Below are positions 40,364-55,215 of a stretch of DNA of 64,000 nucleotides, piece after piece. Made by a program: the position numbers and the translations under genes. This DNA is from Ptychomitrium polyphyllum (Eukaryota): NCBI GenBank assembly GCA_973851085.1, contig OZ316775.1:18600001-18664000 (forward strand). The letters are read 5' to 3'. Each line of letters begins with the position of its first letter. Within the stretch, counting starts at the first letter, position 1. The notes beneath the pieces are model-generated. The model was not told where the DNA came from. It made no database searches and saw only the letters and a program-made list of their open reading frames with translations.

Positions 40364-43134
40364 TTTCTTTTGGAATCAATTTACAACTCCGCTAAGATAA
40401 ATTCTCAAAATGAAAATACTTACTGGTCGGATTTCTTAAATGTCTCTGAAACAAGAGTAACCATTCACAGAATGTGATAATATGAAACTAATTAAAATGA
40501 ATAAAATTCCATTAATTAACATGCACATTGCATGACATCAGGTTGTTCAATGCTCCAGTGTCCGCACCTCGAGTTGAGCGTCCGCTTGAGTAGACGTTGT
40601 TCCAATAAAAAATGTGATCGATCTCCAGGGTAGTAGACCTAATTTGCACAAAATAAGTCATGAGATGCCCATACAAGCTCGTTTTGTTGACATGTCAATT
40701 TTCGTAACATATGCATAACGGCCTTTATCAGCCACTCAACATAGACAACTTCTGCAAAATGTTTAATTGGAGAATAAGACACTTAACAAAGTTGTCAAAG
40801 CAGCCAAATGCATATGTATCATAACCTATGCAATGTCTCAAAACAACTCATTCCTATAATTGAAAATGTGCTACCAGCATACACAGTACTACAACTTCAC
40901 TCTGAAATTCACTTGAAGCTGTTGCAATCTATGTCTCTCCAAATTTAAAGAAATCCTCGGGTTCATCCTAAAATTACGCGCCATTTCAAATGAATGACAC
41001 AGAAAGGATGAAAACAGTCTCTTGAAAACGATTTCATTGTTCAGATCCAAAGGATTGATCTAAAAGATACAGCCTCTGATGTTAGCACCGCCTGATATGG
41101 ACCGTCACTCACTGCTACAGATACCATTGCATCAACCGACTGCAGAACACCTCCCCTGCAATCTCCATCTCATCCTAAAATCAAACCGTTCTTACTTTAT
41201 TGAACTATTACCCTAGAAATCTTTGTATATCAACAGGATAATAATCAAGGATAATCGAAACATCTGCCACATTCATAAGAACCTCACTCTTAACAAGTGT
41301 AAATAAACCAACCTAACCTAATCCAACCTAACAAGTGACAGTGATATGTACCTCCAACAATAGTCCGAAGTCGATGTTCTTCTGGCCAGCAATCATCCTC
41401 ATACAGGAAACCACCAAACACAATCACAAGTTCCATCATCGTTAGGGTTACATCAAATACCCCAGAAAAAACTCCGCATATATTTTCCAACACCAATTTT
41501 CATCATAAGGCTGCTATACTCCTCCAAAAACGATGAGTAATCGACCGTCACCTCTTTCCCCTGCATGCCAACGAGGGAAAACCCCAATCCTTTCGCTCGA
41601 AGTAGGGCAGAAAATAACGAGAGGAAGGCGGCACGGTACTCAACACAGACGAGAATTGAATACTTAGTTCCATAGGGAAGAGACAGTTTATTGTTTTCCT
41701 TCGTTAATCATCACTTGCGCTTCTCGTTAATATCTTCTCCACTTGGGCATGATGCTTCGAGTGTTAACAGCTAAACCCATCTATGTCACAGAGTAGATAG
41801 TTTGATATATCGTCAAGTTTGTATGACTGAAAACCGTGACATGTCGAATCGGTCCTCCGTTATCTTCGTTCAGGTGTGTCCGTGTTGTCAAGTTCAAAGA
41901 TGTTAGGTAATTTTCATCCTAAGGAGAGCACCAAAGTTGTGCCTGTAAGTTGGCAGGTGCTTTGGAATTGTCACTGGGATGGGAAGAGGCAGGTAACGGT
42001 TACAGTTGAGATCTTCCTGAATGCCGATGTGTATATGTGTGTCAGCAGTTTACAGTTAAGATTACCATAGTCAAAAGGTTGAACTTGAATCGGCAGCCTC
42101 CCCATGCAAGTAAGAAAGACTAGGATCGCCAGACATGAATTCGAAATTATCTGACGTAAACGCATCAGTATACTGTACGTTTGCCATTTTAGAGCCTACT
42201 ATCTCACTTCATACATGGTTGACAACAGAGGTTCAATCTTGCGCCCGAAAATGTCTTGCTTCAGGTACATTCGAGGGCCAGATTACTCATTCCAGCTGCC
42301 ATGTTTGACTGGGATCACGAAGTCAGCGAGAGGACAAAATTTAGTAACATCACCGTCTGGCTGCTTTTTCACATGATCTTTCTAGAGGTTGAATTGATTG
42401 ATAGGACTTGAATGACATATATTTCTCGGGCCAGTACGACCAATTCAACCGATAGGATTAAGCTGATCTCTTGGGCGGGTGACTCATTTAACCGCGTGAC
42501 GTATCTTTTCAAATCGACCTGCAGAGGGAAAAAAAGTAAACAGCTCAATTCTCAGAGTTGAACGCTTATTTATTCTCATGTCAATACACTTTTATATTGA
42601 TGTGCCTACTGAATAGCTTCTAGCACACCATCCACGACCTTCAATCAAGTATATTAGCTGCAATCCTCACTTGAGTTTCCGCACAGCATACTGCTCTACG
42701 TGGGATCTCCTTACTTCGGAGCTACTCTCGTAACTGTAATTCAACGCGGAGTTGGAGCTGCATTTCATAACCAACCAGTTTAATTTCAAAGCGGTAACGT
42801 ACGCAGCTCTGTGGAACTGTTGATAGAATATCATCACTGTGCTTAGGCCATTGATTTCTCATCATGTTTGCTTTGGCATTTGCATAAAACAGGGGCATTC
42901 CTTGGAGAGTCCATTACAACTCATATTTGTTGGTTGTTGATTCGCATCATGATGTTCAGCAAATTCAGGGATGATGAGTTCCACGCTACTGTGCTGTGCA
43001 AGCCCAAAACATGGTTCAAAAGGTGTCGGATGTGGAATGTGGTGTGAGTGTAACTGACTTATATATTTACTCTGATCTGCAGAAGATTTGACCGGAGTAC
43101 TGGGGAGTCAGTAGTGGGGCCACAGCGGTTCGCC

Positions 43135-44425
43135 ATGTCAGGAAATATGATCCTCGTCGTCTTGAGTCTTCTCGTTGCATCACTGTTGCACACAACTAGT
43201 GCTTTTTTTGCTACAGAGTGCAACGCTCTGCTGGCATTCAAGGCCGGCATCACGGCTGACCCTCAAGGCCTCTTGAAAAACTGGGTTGCGAACAGCGATT
43301 GTTGCAACTGGTTTGGAACGTTCTGTGACTCCGCTGGACACATAGTCACAGTTACTCTTAGCCCTGATCCTGCATTCGACGATGACACCTACTTCTTGAA
43401 AGGTAAGGTAAAATCATTCACTCATGCCAAACTTCCTTCTCTCATCCATCTTTCAAACTACAAACCAATGCAAACATCACTACTGATGGACTGTCCTATT
43501 CTATCTCTTGCAGGCACGATTTCCCCAGAATTATCAAAGCTCACCTACCTCAAGACACTGGACTTAGCCAGTTTAAAGCAGCTCTCAGGACCGCTACCGG
43601 CATCTCTTGGTACTCTGAAAACACTCCAAGTTTTCAGTGTCTCGGGAGGCAAACTGCTCAAGGGCTCCATTCCATCATCTTATGGGAGCCTCACCAGCCT
43701 CACATTGATTGACCTTGGCCAGAATCAGTAAGTTGGGTAGACTCCCTTTCTTCTAAAAGATCGATGTTCACATTCTGTTTCCGGCCATAGCCATAGCGAA
43801 GATTGTAAACCCATGAACATCCCTCTCACACGGAACCGAAACCTTAATCTTCGATTTCTGGTGGATTGATCGCAGGCTCTCAGGTGCAATCCCTTCAGCG
43901 TTGGGCAACATCGGAAGAAAGCTGCAAAGCATGAACTTAGGACTCAACAAGCTCTCGGGCCAGATCCCGACCTCTCTGTACAAGCTCACCGGGCTCCAGG
44001 ATCTCTACCTGTATTCCAACAACCTCACGGGTGAAGTTTCGCCACTGGTCGGCCAGCTGAAGAGCTTGACTAACCTCGATTTCTCCAACAACCAGCTCAC
44101 GGGTACCTTGTCGTCCGAAATCGGCACATTGTCGCAGCTCGGGTTCCTTGACCTCCATGCGAATGCGTTGAGGGGGGCGATTCCCCCAAGCTTCGGAAAC
44201 TTGAAGAATCTCTACCACTTCTGGCTCAGTAACAACAAGCTCTCGGGTCAGATCCCCCTTGCGTTTGCGCTCAACTTGAGGAAACTGATCACCCTCGACT
44301 TCTCAAACAATCAATTGACTGGGCCCATTCCGCAGGGGAAACCTTTCTCAACTGATTTCCCATCTGCTTTCGATGGAAACCCAGGGCTTTGTGGAAACCC
44401 ACTCGCTACGACGTGCAAGCGTTAG
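43135..44425 (+). CDS. Secreted extracellular leucine-rich-repeat protein (PGIP/DRT100-like), ~343 aa
   Basis: Exons 43135-43402, 43514-43727, 43876-44425. Signal peptide, LRRNT cap (ALLAFKAGITADPQGLLKNW...DCCNWFGTFC), plant LRRs (LxxLxLxxNxLSGxIP) and C-cap AFDGNPGLCGNPL. No TM or kinase domain. Confidence 0.92.
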
Positions 44426-47400
44426 CTGGTTGATGTTGTCGATTTACCGAAGAGATGCCTACATGCCTCTCCATAAGAGCTTCACATGCGTCGATGGCTT
44501 GAGCATCTCTGGGGGGTGGAGTAGCTGTATTTCTAGATTGAAAAATCCATGCAAGTTGATATCGCAGTAGGAGAACTAGCACAGCTTCATGAGTTCAAGA
44601 AGTTGCAATGTCAGTTGCAATTGTTCTTCGTGTACCCGGTTTCAAAACCAACGTACCTTCGTCAATGGTTGTCATTAGTGGTAATGGCCATGCTAGCTGC
44701 ACGGAGACCTGAAATACTTTCCTACTTCCTACTGAAACCGCTTCTTTGATCCTTCTACAATTATCATTGGGTTTGCCACATTTAATAAGTTTTTCCAAGC
44801 CTTCATCGAGAGCCTTGTATCATTCTAGGGACTAAGCTATAGTGTACAACTGCCAGCGAAACCGAGAATATGAAGAAAATGAGCTCGATATAACTTGAAC
44901 AACAGGCCCTAGAATATCCAAATGTTTGGCAGTGAAGTCGGCCGTGCATTGGTCATACACTTGAATCTCCAGTATATTGTCCTGTTGCCTATAGAAAAGT
45001 TTTCATTACAAGAACTTGGATAAGTTGTATACATAGTGGACCACAGCACAGGGCGCATAACATATTCCCAACGAATCCAAGTTATGTTCATTAAGTATTT
45101 CCACATTGTTAAGTGTCAACAACAAAGATATGACACACCCGAATCTTGACGACCTGCCGAACCTGGTATTATAGCGAAGAGACGAATCTACAAAAGATAT
45201 AATTAGGAATGCTACCACTTTCAAGGGTAGTACAGAAAAACCATTGGTGAATAAGGCCTTCACCACTTGATATCAAAGAAATTCCTTCAGTCAGTTTCAT
45301 AGCTGCTCTAGGGATGGTGATCATTCCAAGTTCATTGCAGAAAGTATGGCAATTCTCACTGTCATGTTTCACTCCACCTGTGCCTGGGGTGGCACATCAT
45401 AATATGAGCCTGCTAGCCTGTAATATCGGTATGGTCACCAAGATGAGTTTTCCTAAACCACACCCCTCCACAAACCCGGTGCTGTCTTCTGTACCTAGTA
45501 CAATCTTTTTGACACACCAACTTCTAAGTGTAGTGTATGCAAGCTTACTCCAATGCATCTACAGTATCTGATTTGGTGAACTGCAAAGTGCACTTGTTCT
45601 CTACTCAAACTGAGGGTATGTTCACTGTGAATATATGTTTCTGTAATAATCCAAGTATCAATGATCATTGCTACTATACTTTCAAAACGCCATTTTTTAA
45701 TCCTTCAAAGTGTGCCAAATTGTTTACTTTAATGCAAATTGGCTTCGTTTACCCAAAAAAATATTTTACTCCTAAACTCCTTCTGGTGCACAACACCAAC
45801 ACAATGAAGTCAGCAGCGAGACATTTTTTTTTTCCTTGTATTTCAAAAATTCTCAATTACAAATATAAAGTATTATAGTGAAGCTAATACACATGTGCTT
45901 TAGCTTCTGAATCCCAATGTACATGCTCGTCAATGCTTTTGTTATTGAAAAGGAATTTGGAGAGTTAGCACTTCGTATGGTTATTGCTTAATCATCCCAC
46001 TTCAATTCTAACTCTATTACCAACTTTAAATAAGATCATTTAAAGCATCTTTTATTATTGTCTTAGTAGATAGTGATAGCAAACATGTAAACAATAATTT
46101 GTAACTTTAATCTCATACCAAAAATATATTGATAATAACAACTAATTTACAATTTTTGTATTGTTTGAAATAATATATTGAGACGAGAATGTGAAGTTTC
46201 TACAACCTTGTGATTAATTCTTCAATTTCTAAATCAAAGAATTGGTGGATTTACTTGTTAATATAAGTGAAATTGCAACTTATAGCAAGTTGTTGGCCAT
46301 GGCTCTTCTGGAATTTTTTATAAAGCATCCAAATTTTTTGTTTTAAAAAATCTACAAAAACTCTTATTTATGCTTATTCACTATCCAAATAATGGAAATG
46401 TAGATAGAAAGTAACCTATTAGAAAGAGATAGCTTCATATTTAAATAATTTTCTTTTTCAAAGAAGTGCCATATGTCACATTTCTATTGGTTTACATCTA
46501 TTGAAAAAATGATTTGTAATTTAAAATTCAAATTTATTCAAAACGAAAGTTGGCTCTCGAGAGCCAGCATCAATAAAAACATATTTTCCCACTTCACTCA
46601 TACAAATATTCTTCCCTAATGGAAGGTAGACCATACACTACACTGACCATCCCAAACAACCCCCTATCCATAAACTTTATTTTCCCATTGACGTATTGAA
46701 GCAATGAAGCCATCTGTGCAACAACCAAGCAACAGTCCAACTACGATGACTGGAACTGACAAGGAACCTGCCATGTGACTTTGAAGAAGTACAGTCCCAT
46801 GCCCAGATGGCACCCCCACTTTCAATGCAATTATTGACTACCATTACCATATTGTCCCCAATTTCAATCATCATATTCCAAAATCATGAGAGACTAAGCT
46901 CAACACACTCTCCTGATCCACATAGATGAATAACATGTACCACAACACCATTCATCACATTCAGCCCAATCACATCCCTAAACATTTGATCTTCCTCCAA
47001 CCAAACCAATTTTTGACTCACCAAAGCTTGTACATCGAATTCTACTTGTCTAACAGCAAACAACTCGTACATTGTTTAAACTAGGGTTGCAGCTGCCTGA
47101 GAACTTAGAGAAGAATCATACTTGCATGTTACTGCACTACAAACACAACACTCACATAATCATGGGGATGGTATGAAGGGCCCCACACAAATCAATCCCT
47201 ACTAATTATGGAAGCCTGATAAACTAGCAGTATACATGATGATAACCCCTTGTTCTTTTTTCTTAAACCTTTTTATTTTTCTTTCTGGTTTTCTGACCAA
47301 AGGTGAGGCTTTCAAGTCACATTCACACATGTTAATCAAATACATTTCTGCCCCAAATGGTTTTCTTAAGATAAAAAAGATTTACAAAACAGAATGGGTT

Positions 47401-48500
47401 AGGAGTCAGAACCTCAACGAACTCTCAAAACCCTCCCATCAGTCACTGACTATACGGAGGGAAATTCAAACGAGGCACGAGGTAGTGGACGAGAGTCGTT
47501 CGTTACTCACTGCAAAAAGCTCTCACGAACTGGACGAAAATCATCCAGTGTGGAGGACCAGCGAGCAGAGTGAGCGCAGCAGACATGGCAGGAGTGGAAG
47601 GAGACTTCGTCCATAGAGGCCAAAGCAAAGACACGCAGCACACCATCGCCATCGCCATCGCCACGGCGAGTCCTCGTGGTGGTCGGCCAGAGCTTCCTCT
47701 CTCACACCACAGTTGCTCTCTTCCTGTAGGTCTTTTTATAATTTGCACACCTTCTTACACTTACATATTACTTTGGTTCCTACTTTCATGGAGGAACCTG
47801 GCACTAGTGGATGTGTGGGGCGTTGAGGGCAGGGCATGCAGGGTTGGGAGATGTGTTCACTTGACATGTGTTGTAGATGCGTTGTGCACACTTGAGATCT
47901 TCTCGAATTTGTCCATGTTCATAGAATTTCGTTTAGGTGCTTTCTTTGGAGGAAGCACAGAAGTGGATGTGGTGAGGTGAGTCGAGGTTGGGGGATTAGG
48001 AGATGGTGTCATGGGGGATGTGTTGCTATGTTGGGGCGAGGTTTGAGTGTTGTGGTAGGTTTTGGGGTGGTTGGTTGGCGCGTCTCGGTGGTGAGGTTTG
48101 ATGTTTGAGGTTTTATGTTGTTTTTAAGTTTTAGCATATGAGGGTCATGTGAGGCTATTTGTGGCTTTTTTTGGTTCGCTTTCTGAGAACTGGGTTTGAG
48201 TAAGTGGGAAAATCTGGTGGTGGACAGTGACGGCGTGGTTTTCACTTCTGGGTTCGTACATTAGCTCCTTTTTCTGGGGGCCTGGAGGGGTTTGAATTTC
48301 GAGAACGTCCGATGGTGAATTTTCGTGACTTGATGGCATCAGTAGAGGCAACTCATTGCTGGTGAAGATACCCGGGCGAATTCGTTATTGGGGATCTCTG
48401 GTTTGCAGGAGTAAATTTAGGAAGTTCTCTTGGGGTAAGGATTCAGCAGTGACATTATCCCATTTCGACTGCGGTGCGAGTTTAGGAAAGCAAGTGAGAG

Positions 48501-51500
48501 ATGGCTCCATCCGTGGTCGGCGAGAATGGGAAGCAAGGAGAAGCAGGCTCTGACAGTGATCGTCTGGTGTCGCCACTTCCACCTCTCAAGGTGGACTTAT
48601 CAGGTGCGAATGAATATGCTTCTCCTGTGTTGAGCGTTCAATTAGGTTCATGTCTGGCATATTGGCTTATTGTGCAATCCACATCAATCGCTATGCTGAT
48701 ATCTTCGCCGTCTTGATTGAAATGCTCTTTGACAATGGCTTTAGACAATCCTGCAATTTCATGGACTCCATTTTCACATGCATGTAGGGTACTCAAATCG
48801 CATAAATTTCGTATTCGTTGCTTGGTATGTTGAATGAAGTTCATTTTCCGCACGTGTTTATCAATTATGTACGGTCAACTTGAAGAGTAGGTCATAACGT
48901 TATTGAGTCTTTGTCGGTCAAATTTCTTTGAAGACGATGAATCACCGGAGTATTATCTTTCTATGATTTTCTAATGCTAATTAATTTATGCTCTTAAAGA
49001 GGATGATATCCGAGAATCAGCTTATGAGATTCTGGTGGGAGCGTGTGGGAACAACCTTATCACGTTTAGAAGTACGAGCATGTCAAAACAGGATGCTAAA
49101 CCACCACCAACCAATAAGTCACTCACATCTTCCGCTGCCAGTCAAATGAAGAGGGCGTTTGGGCTGCAGTCTTCTGGTGGTTCTAATGAGATACAACGCT
49201 CGGCTTCGTTCAAGTCAAAGAAGAGCCCCACCATTTCAGATACCTTGAGGGTTCAGATGAAGATCTCTGAGAACAGTGAAACGAGAATACGTCGAGCTCT
49301 ATCCCGTGCAACCGCAGGACAGGTAAATTCATCGTAAGAAGTTACCTATTACAATTTGGTTAACTTTTCCTGCTCCTTAAACGCCGGAATTAGGTCTTTG
49401 CTTTATATGACTTGTTATGATCTATTCGAGCTTCTGAGCATCTGTGAGATTCCTAGTAAAGAAACAGTGGGTAATGTATTGTCTGTTGGTTACCTTTCTC
49501 TGCCAGTTTGAGCTCTTGCGCAGCATCAGTCGTTCGTTAGTTGAAAACTGTCTTGCTGCTACAGAGGAAACAGTTATGAATGCATTCCAGATGATTGTAA
49601 TGGTATTTTGACCATCAAGCTTCTATCAAGGTAGTGTTTTGTACTCATGAACTTCTTTTCTATGGTTTTTAAATTTTTGATACAGGCTAGTAGACGGAAT
49701 GGGTTGATGATAGTTCCTCTGGAGCTTCTACAAAACATTGGTGCATCAAGCTTTGGAGATGAGAAAGAATATCAAAGTTGGTTAATGCGTCAGTTGAAAG
49801 TATTAGAAGCTGGTCTTCTTTCTCACCCTTTAGTACCAGGAGATGGGGGAATGGATGCCCATCGGTTGAAGCAAACCCTGCGGGAAATGATCGATGGACA
49901 CAAGACAGTAGTACAAGGGAAAAGCAGCGAGATTATGCAAGTTCTTCGTAGTGCAGCCATGGGTAGGGCAACCCGAGCACATAATACCGAGTATGGAGAT
50001 TTTCTGCACTGGGCTGATGGTTTTCCTTTAAATGCATATCTCTATGCTGCGCTACTTTCTGCATGTTTTGACACGGTTAAGGGGGCCGATTTAATAGTAG
50101 AGCTGGACGATGTCCTTGAGATGATAAAGAAGACGTGGGGTGTACTGGGAATTGACCAGACAATGCATGACATGCTCTTTGCATGGGTTTGTTTTCGGCA
50201 GTTTGTTGCTACTGGTCAAAATGCAGTGAAACTTCTCCAGCGTTGTGAAAGTCAATTGGATGAGGTTGGTAAAGATCTGAGGGGGAATCTGAAGGCTGAT
50301 CAGTTGCCCTTTTTAAAGTCAACACTCAGCACCATGCAGTTCTGGGCGGAGAGAAGGCTCCTGGCATACCATGATTCGTTTCCTGGAGGAGCTAGTGACA
50401 TTATGGCAGGGTTATTAGCAGTGGCAGTTGGCTCTGCACAAATATTGCAGGAACACATCTCACGTGAGCATCGGGGCCGTGTTAGAGATGAAGTAAATGT
50501 TCCACTAAGTCGCGTTGATGTCTATGTTCGATCTTCTGTGAAGACAGCTTTTGCTCAGGTACAGATGGTTTTTCGTTACTGAATTTCTGTACTAAGGTTA
50601 GTATCTGAAGCAGAGGCCCCGAACAGAAATCATCTCGTGTGGGTTAATGAAATATGAAACGCTGTGGTATCTTGGTGTATAATCTTGAGTTTCGCAAATG
50701 TATGCATGAGATGGGGTTGGGTTTGGAAAGTATTGCGTACTTGACTAGCTGAAGTCCTTAAAGATTTAGTAAGAAATAGTGTTTTCAGATGCCTCACGAA
50801 GTGCGTTCTTTCAACTTAAGGGCTGACAAATAGTTATTGTGGGATAGTACGGTAACGAAATATTTCGAAATTGATAGTCTCTCATTTCAGAAGTCACGAA
50901 CGTCCTGTACAAATTATGTTCTAGAACCAGTATTAGCAGAAGTTAATCAGCACGTGCTAATGGAGGTCAAGTCGTCTTTCATCCAGAGTTTTTTACTGTA
51001 CGTGACTGACTAGAGCTTTTGCGAAATTTTGGTGAAATTTTTGTATTTTGCAGTTGATGGAGACTGTTGATACTAGACGGAGATCATTTAAGGCTTCTAC
51101 TGCGCCTCCGCCAGCACTAGCGGTTCTAGCACAAGACACAATGGCCTTTGCTACGAGTGAAGTAGATAATTTTAGTCCTGTGTTAAAAAGATGGCATCCT
51201 TTTGCTGGAGGAGTAGCGGCAGCCACCCTTCATGGGTGCTTCAGTCGAGAATTTAAGCAGTACTTGTCCAATTTGTCTACTATGACTCTTGACACAGTTG
51301 CAATATTAAAAGCTGCAGATGATCTTGAGAAGCGGCTTGTCGCAATAGCTGTTGAAGATGGGGCCGAGTGTGATGATGGAGGAAAGAGCCTTATTCGAGA
51401 AATGCCACCTTTTGAAGCTGATCAGGTCATGGGAGAGTTAGCAAGAAAGTGGGTAGATGATAATGTGGACAAAATTATACAATGGGTAGATCGCAACATT

Positions 51501-53212
51501 CAACAAGAGGTAATAATTTCGTGTGCTGTGTGGTGCGCTTTAGGTTCATAGTGATCTGAACATGGCATTATGGGGTGCAGCTGCCTGCATGAATTCTATT
51601 CATTCTGTCATTCGTTTTACGTTTTTTCAAACGCGAGAGTAATGCTTTGTGAAGGTAGGGTTACTGACAGGGTTGGAAATCATCAACGGTAGATAGAATC
51701 GCTGCTGCTCTGGGGGATTCTTTAACAGAGAGGATATCTGATTGTTGAAGTGATGGATGTTTAGAAATGGAGCCCAGGAGCCAACAATGAGCATTTTGCT
51801 CCATCAGGTGTTGAAGTGCTACGCTTTATAGAGGAATCATTGGACGCGTTCTTCGCAATGCCTGTGGAGCAATATCCTGAATTACTTCAGCAGTTGGTTG
51901 CTGGATTGGATAAGGCGTTGCAGCGCTATGTTTGGCAAACAGTCAATCCTTGTGGTGGGTATTGACTTTTGTATGTCGCAATTTTATCGTTTGAATACAA
52001 GATATAAGAACACTTTGTCGGACGAGAATAGATGTCAAATGATGTGTTTTTGTTTTGCACCTTCTCAGTTTTAGTATCTGTTTGCGAATCAAGGAGAAAA
52101 GTATGATTTGTTGTCGATTCCATAGGGTAGATGATGAGAGTTTAACAAGTACGAGGTTGTGCGTGGTTCTTATACTTCCTCCGCTTGTCTTTTTGCTGAT
52201 GGTCGATTCTCATCAGGCAATACGTGATATTGCAGGAACCAAAGACGACCATATTCCTCTTATGCCTCCCCTCACACGGTGTCAGGTCCATAAGTCATGG
52301 CGGGGTTCTTCTAAGAGTAAAGCAAAGGTAGAGGTGCAGCGAAATCAGCAGAACCGGAGAGCGTTAGCTTCTTCAGGAGATCTCACATACAGTCTGCCTT
52401 ATATATGTGTGCGTATAAATACACTTGATCATATCAACTCGCAACTTCAGTTTTTGGAGAAGACAATTCGGTATGGCTGGAAGAAGAATGAGCCTACACC
52501 TCCTTCTAAAGTGAGTCGGATGTTTTCAAGATCAAAACCTGCACCACCACCAGCAGAGGAGCCAGCTGATAGTTTCTTTCAGAGAACACGGGCTGCAATC
52601 ATGGAGGGCACAAGACAACTTATAGACTCAGCTGCCTACAGGGCTGTGTTTTCAGACCTACGAGATGATTTTTACGAAGGGCTGTATGCTGGAGATGTGT
52701 CAAGTGCAAGAATTTCTAGTGTGCTGGAACAGTTAGATGGTAAATTAGGAGAAATTGCTGAAATTAGTGCAGAATCAATGAGGAACCGGATCGCAGGTGC
52801 TCTGATGAGGGCATGTTTTGATTGTCTTCTTCGCGTTCTGCTGGCGGGTGGACCATCGCGGGCATTTAAAGACGACGATGCCGACTTGCTGAAAGACGAC
52901 ATGTATGCGTTGAAGGAGCTCTTTTTGGCTGATGGAGATGGCTTGCCGATGTCTGAATGTGAGCAAGTCGTGGCACCTGCGTCACAGGTTCTCACATTGT
53001 TTGAACTTTCTAGCAGTGAATTGATCCAGATATACTTGGCATCCATAGGCCAAGTGAGTAAGTCATCGTCCAAGCCCACCATGCCACCTACCACAGGGAA
53101 GTGGAGTGCATCCGATGCCAACACTGTCCTAAGAGTTCTTTGCTATCGGAGTGATGACACGGCATCCAAATTCCTGAAGAAAACCTACCACTTAAAGAAA
53201 GCTTCCGCGTGA
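48501..53212 (+). CDS. DUF810 / Munc13-homology (unc-13-like, PATROL1-family) protein, ~973 aa
   Basis: Exons 48501-48603, 49000-49322, 49686-50558, 51054-51509, 51765-51954, 52236-53212. Motifs LSEDDIRESAYEILVGACG, HWADGFPLN, WAERRLLAYHDSF, FSPVLKRWHP, VLLAGGPSRAF and WSASDANTVLRVLCYR. Confidence 0.92.
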
Positions 53213-55059
53213 TTCTTCTGCAGGTCACAGTGAATCACCTTGCAAATTTTGAGCTGGACCTTAATGATATGAGCTCGCCATCGAATGAGGCTATCCTGTT
53301 GGTCGTCATGAAGCTGCGTTACGTTGTGCGCAGTTACAGACTCTGGTGTTCTGGTGGATCCAAGTTTAATATCCGGCAACGTTTTTCGATTTTTATATCT
53401 CTCAATGGGCTTGCGTAATTGTATGGTGGTGTACATCTATAATTAAATCCGCATCGGCCTTCCTCAGGGGAACAGTCACATTGCAGTCTTGTGAGTTGGA
53501 GATATAGCCCTTCAAGCTGTTTACAAATGTTATACGTCTACAGTTGTTTGTAGCTAGCTTTCGAATGCCAATATCATCTTTGTACAATTTGAGCTGGTAT
53601 CTACATGTACATTTAGATAAAAGCTCGTGGAGTAGCTCTATGTTCGAGATTGCTTATCATAACAGCTCTTTTGCATGGCAGTATTATTGGTTTTCAACCT
53701 GGAGCAGAGACATGGTAGTAGCTCCTGGTGTGCTCACGCATTAGAGATTGCGCTTTGGTTGCATACTTTTGTAGTTTGTGAAAACGCATTGCATAGCTTT
53801 CCACATTGATTGTCCAGGTAATACTTTTCTCTACGGTAGTAGACAACTCATAAACTTGTACATCAGCTTCTGTTGAAAACTTTTTCTGATGAAACTATGA
53901 AATCCAGGGTCATGCGAGTGCTAATTAGACTCGCTTGAGATGCCACATCTGTCTCAAGGTGTGAAGATTCTACAACTATGGCTGGAGTGGTTTGAACATA
54001 ACATTCTTCAGTGACCCCTCTGAACATCCTCTCTACAAAGTATCGTTGTGTTATTCAAAGCTAACATTCCTATGTCAATACCTTGTTCCCTCAGGGAGAG
54101 TATGGATGTCTCAAGTTTTATTGTTGATTTCTCGCTTTTGACGGTGAGTTGCCATGTTATGAATAGACCAATTATTTTGTACAAACATGAACCCACTTTT
54201 GAAATATGTAGCAAGATAACCGTGGTTTATGAAGCACCTGCAGCATTCCCACATTCGTCAGACAGCGTAGGGTCTGTAATGGGTAGGAAAATGGTTGATC
54301 GACACTACAGTATTTCCACCTGAAAAAGCATGTGTGAATCAAACTTGCATAGAAATTCAACAGTGGATCCTCGTATGGAATCAAACTCTAAACCAAAACC
54401 CATACACCAACTGTACATCAATCTGTATTTTCAACTTGTGAAGGCTTGCTCAGTTGCAGACCTCAAAAAGCTAATCCTGGTGAGCTTCACAAATATTTAC
54501 GCAACATTTGGAAACATTGAAAACTTGAGAAACTTAGTCCACACTTTCTGACTCTGTAACATGGAATCTTGAAATCAAAGTTTCAAAAACCTGAAAAAAC
54601 AGATTATGGTTACATACTGTTTCTTCCATCATAATCTTACTATTTATCTATTAAATAACATTTGATTAACCTTTGCATATTTGTAGAGCCAACTTGTAGA
54701 TGCAACACACCTTAGAACATCCCATGTAATTTCACATATCTTGTCTTCAATAAAGAAGAAATAGTAACTTCTATATAATTTAGAAGTTTAAAAAACTTAA
54801 AAAAGTCTAAATCATAATGTTAATAATGTCCAACCTTATAGAGGAGGGTAACCATCCAATAGCAAATAGGAAGCATGGTTGTTTCTTGCTAGATGGTGAA
54901 CAAGAAGACCTTTTATTCCATTTAGATAAACTTCAAGATACACATTTTATTTTTTTGAATTGCCTTTTCATCTAAACTTCTTATAAAAATCTAAATAGTC
55001 TAATGCCAATCTAGATACTAGACAACTTTGGAATAAAATAAAGTAATGACAATAAAAAG

Positions 55060-55215
55060 GTAGTGACTTCCCATTGGATCAAATGATGAAGCTATTATTT
55101 GACCAAATGTAAAAGCTCCTCATTGGATCTAATGTGTAGTGGCTTTTCATTAGATCCAGTGTATGGTGGCTTTTCATTGAACTAAGTGGGTGGTGACTTT
55201 TACTTGATCAAAAAA
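55060..55215. repeat. Degenerate minisatellite, ~23-28-bp unit, about 6 copies
   Basis: Units such as gtagtgacttcccattggatcaaatg, gtagtggcttttcattagatccagtgt, atggtggcttttcattgaactaagtgg and gtggtgacttttacttgatcaaa. Confidence 0.7.

Noticed and set aside
41700..41900. Possible fourth phased GATAC array upstream of the coiled-coil gene
   Set aside because: Only scattered GAT/GTC words, with no consistent 11-bp register.
52672..53124. Long antisense ORFs here and at 36611-37045
   Set aside because: Antisense shadows of real coding exons.
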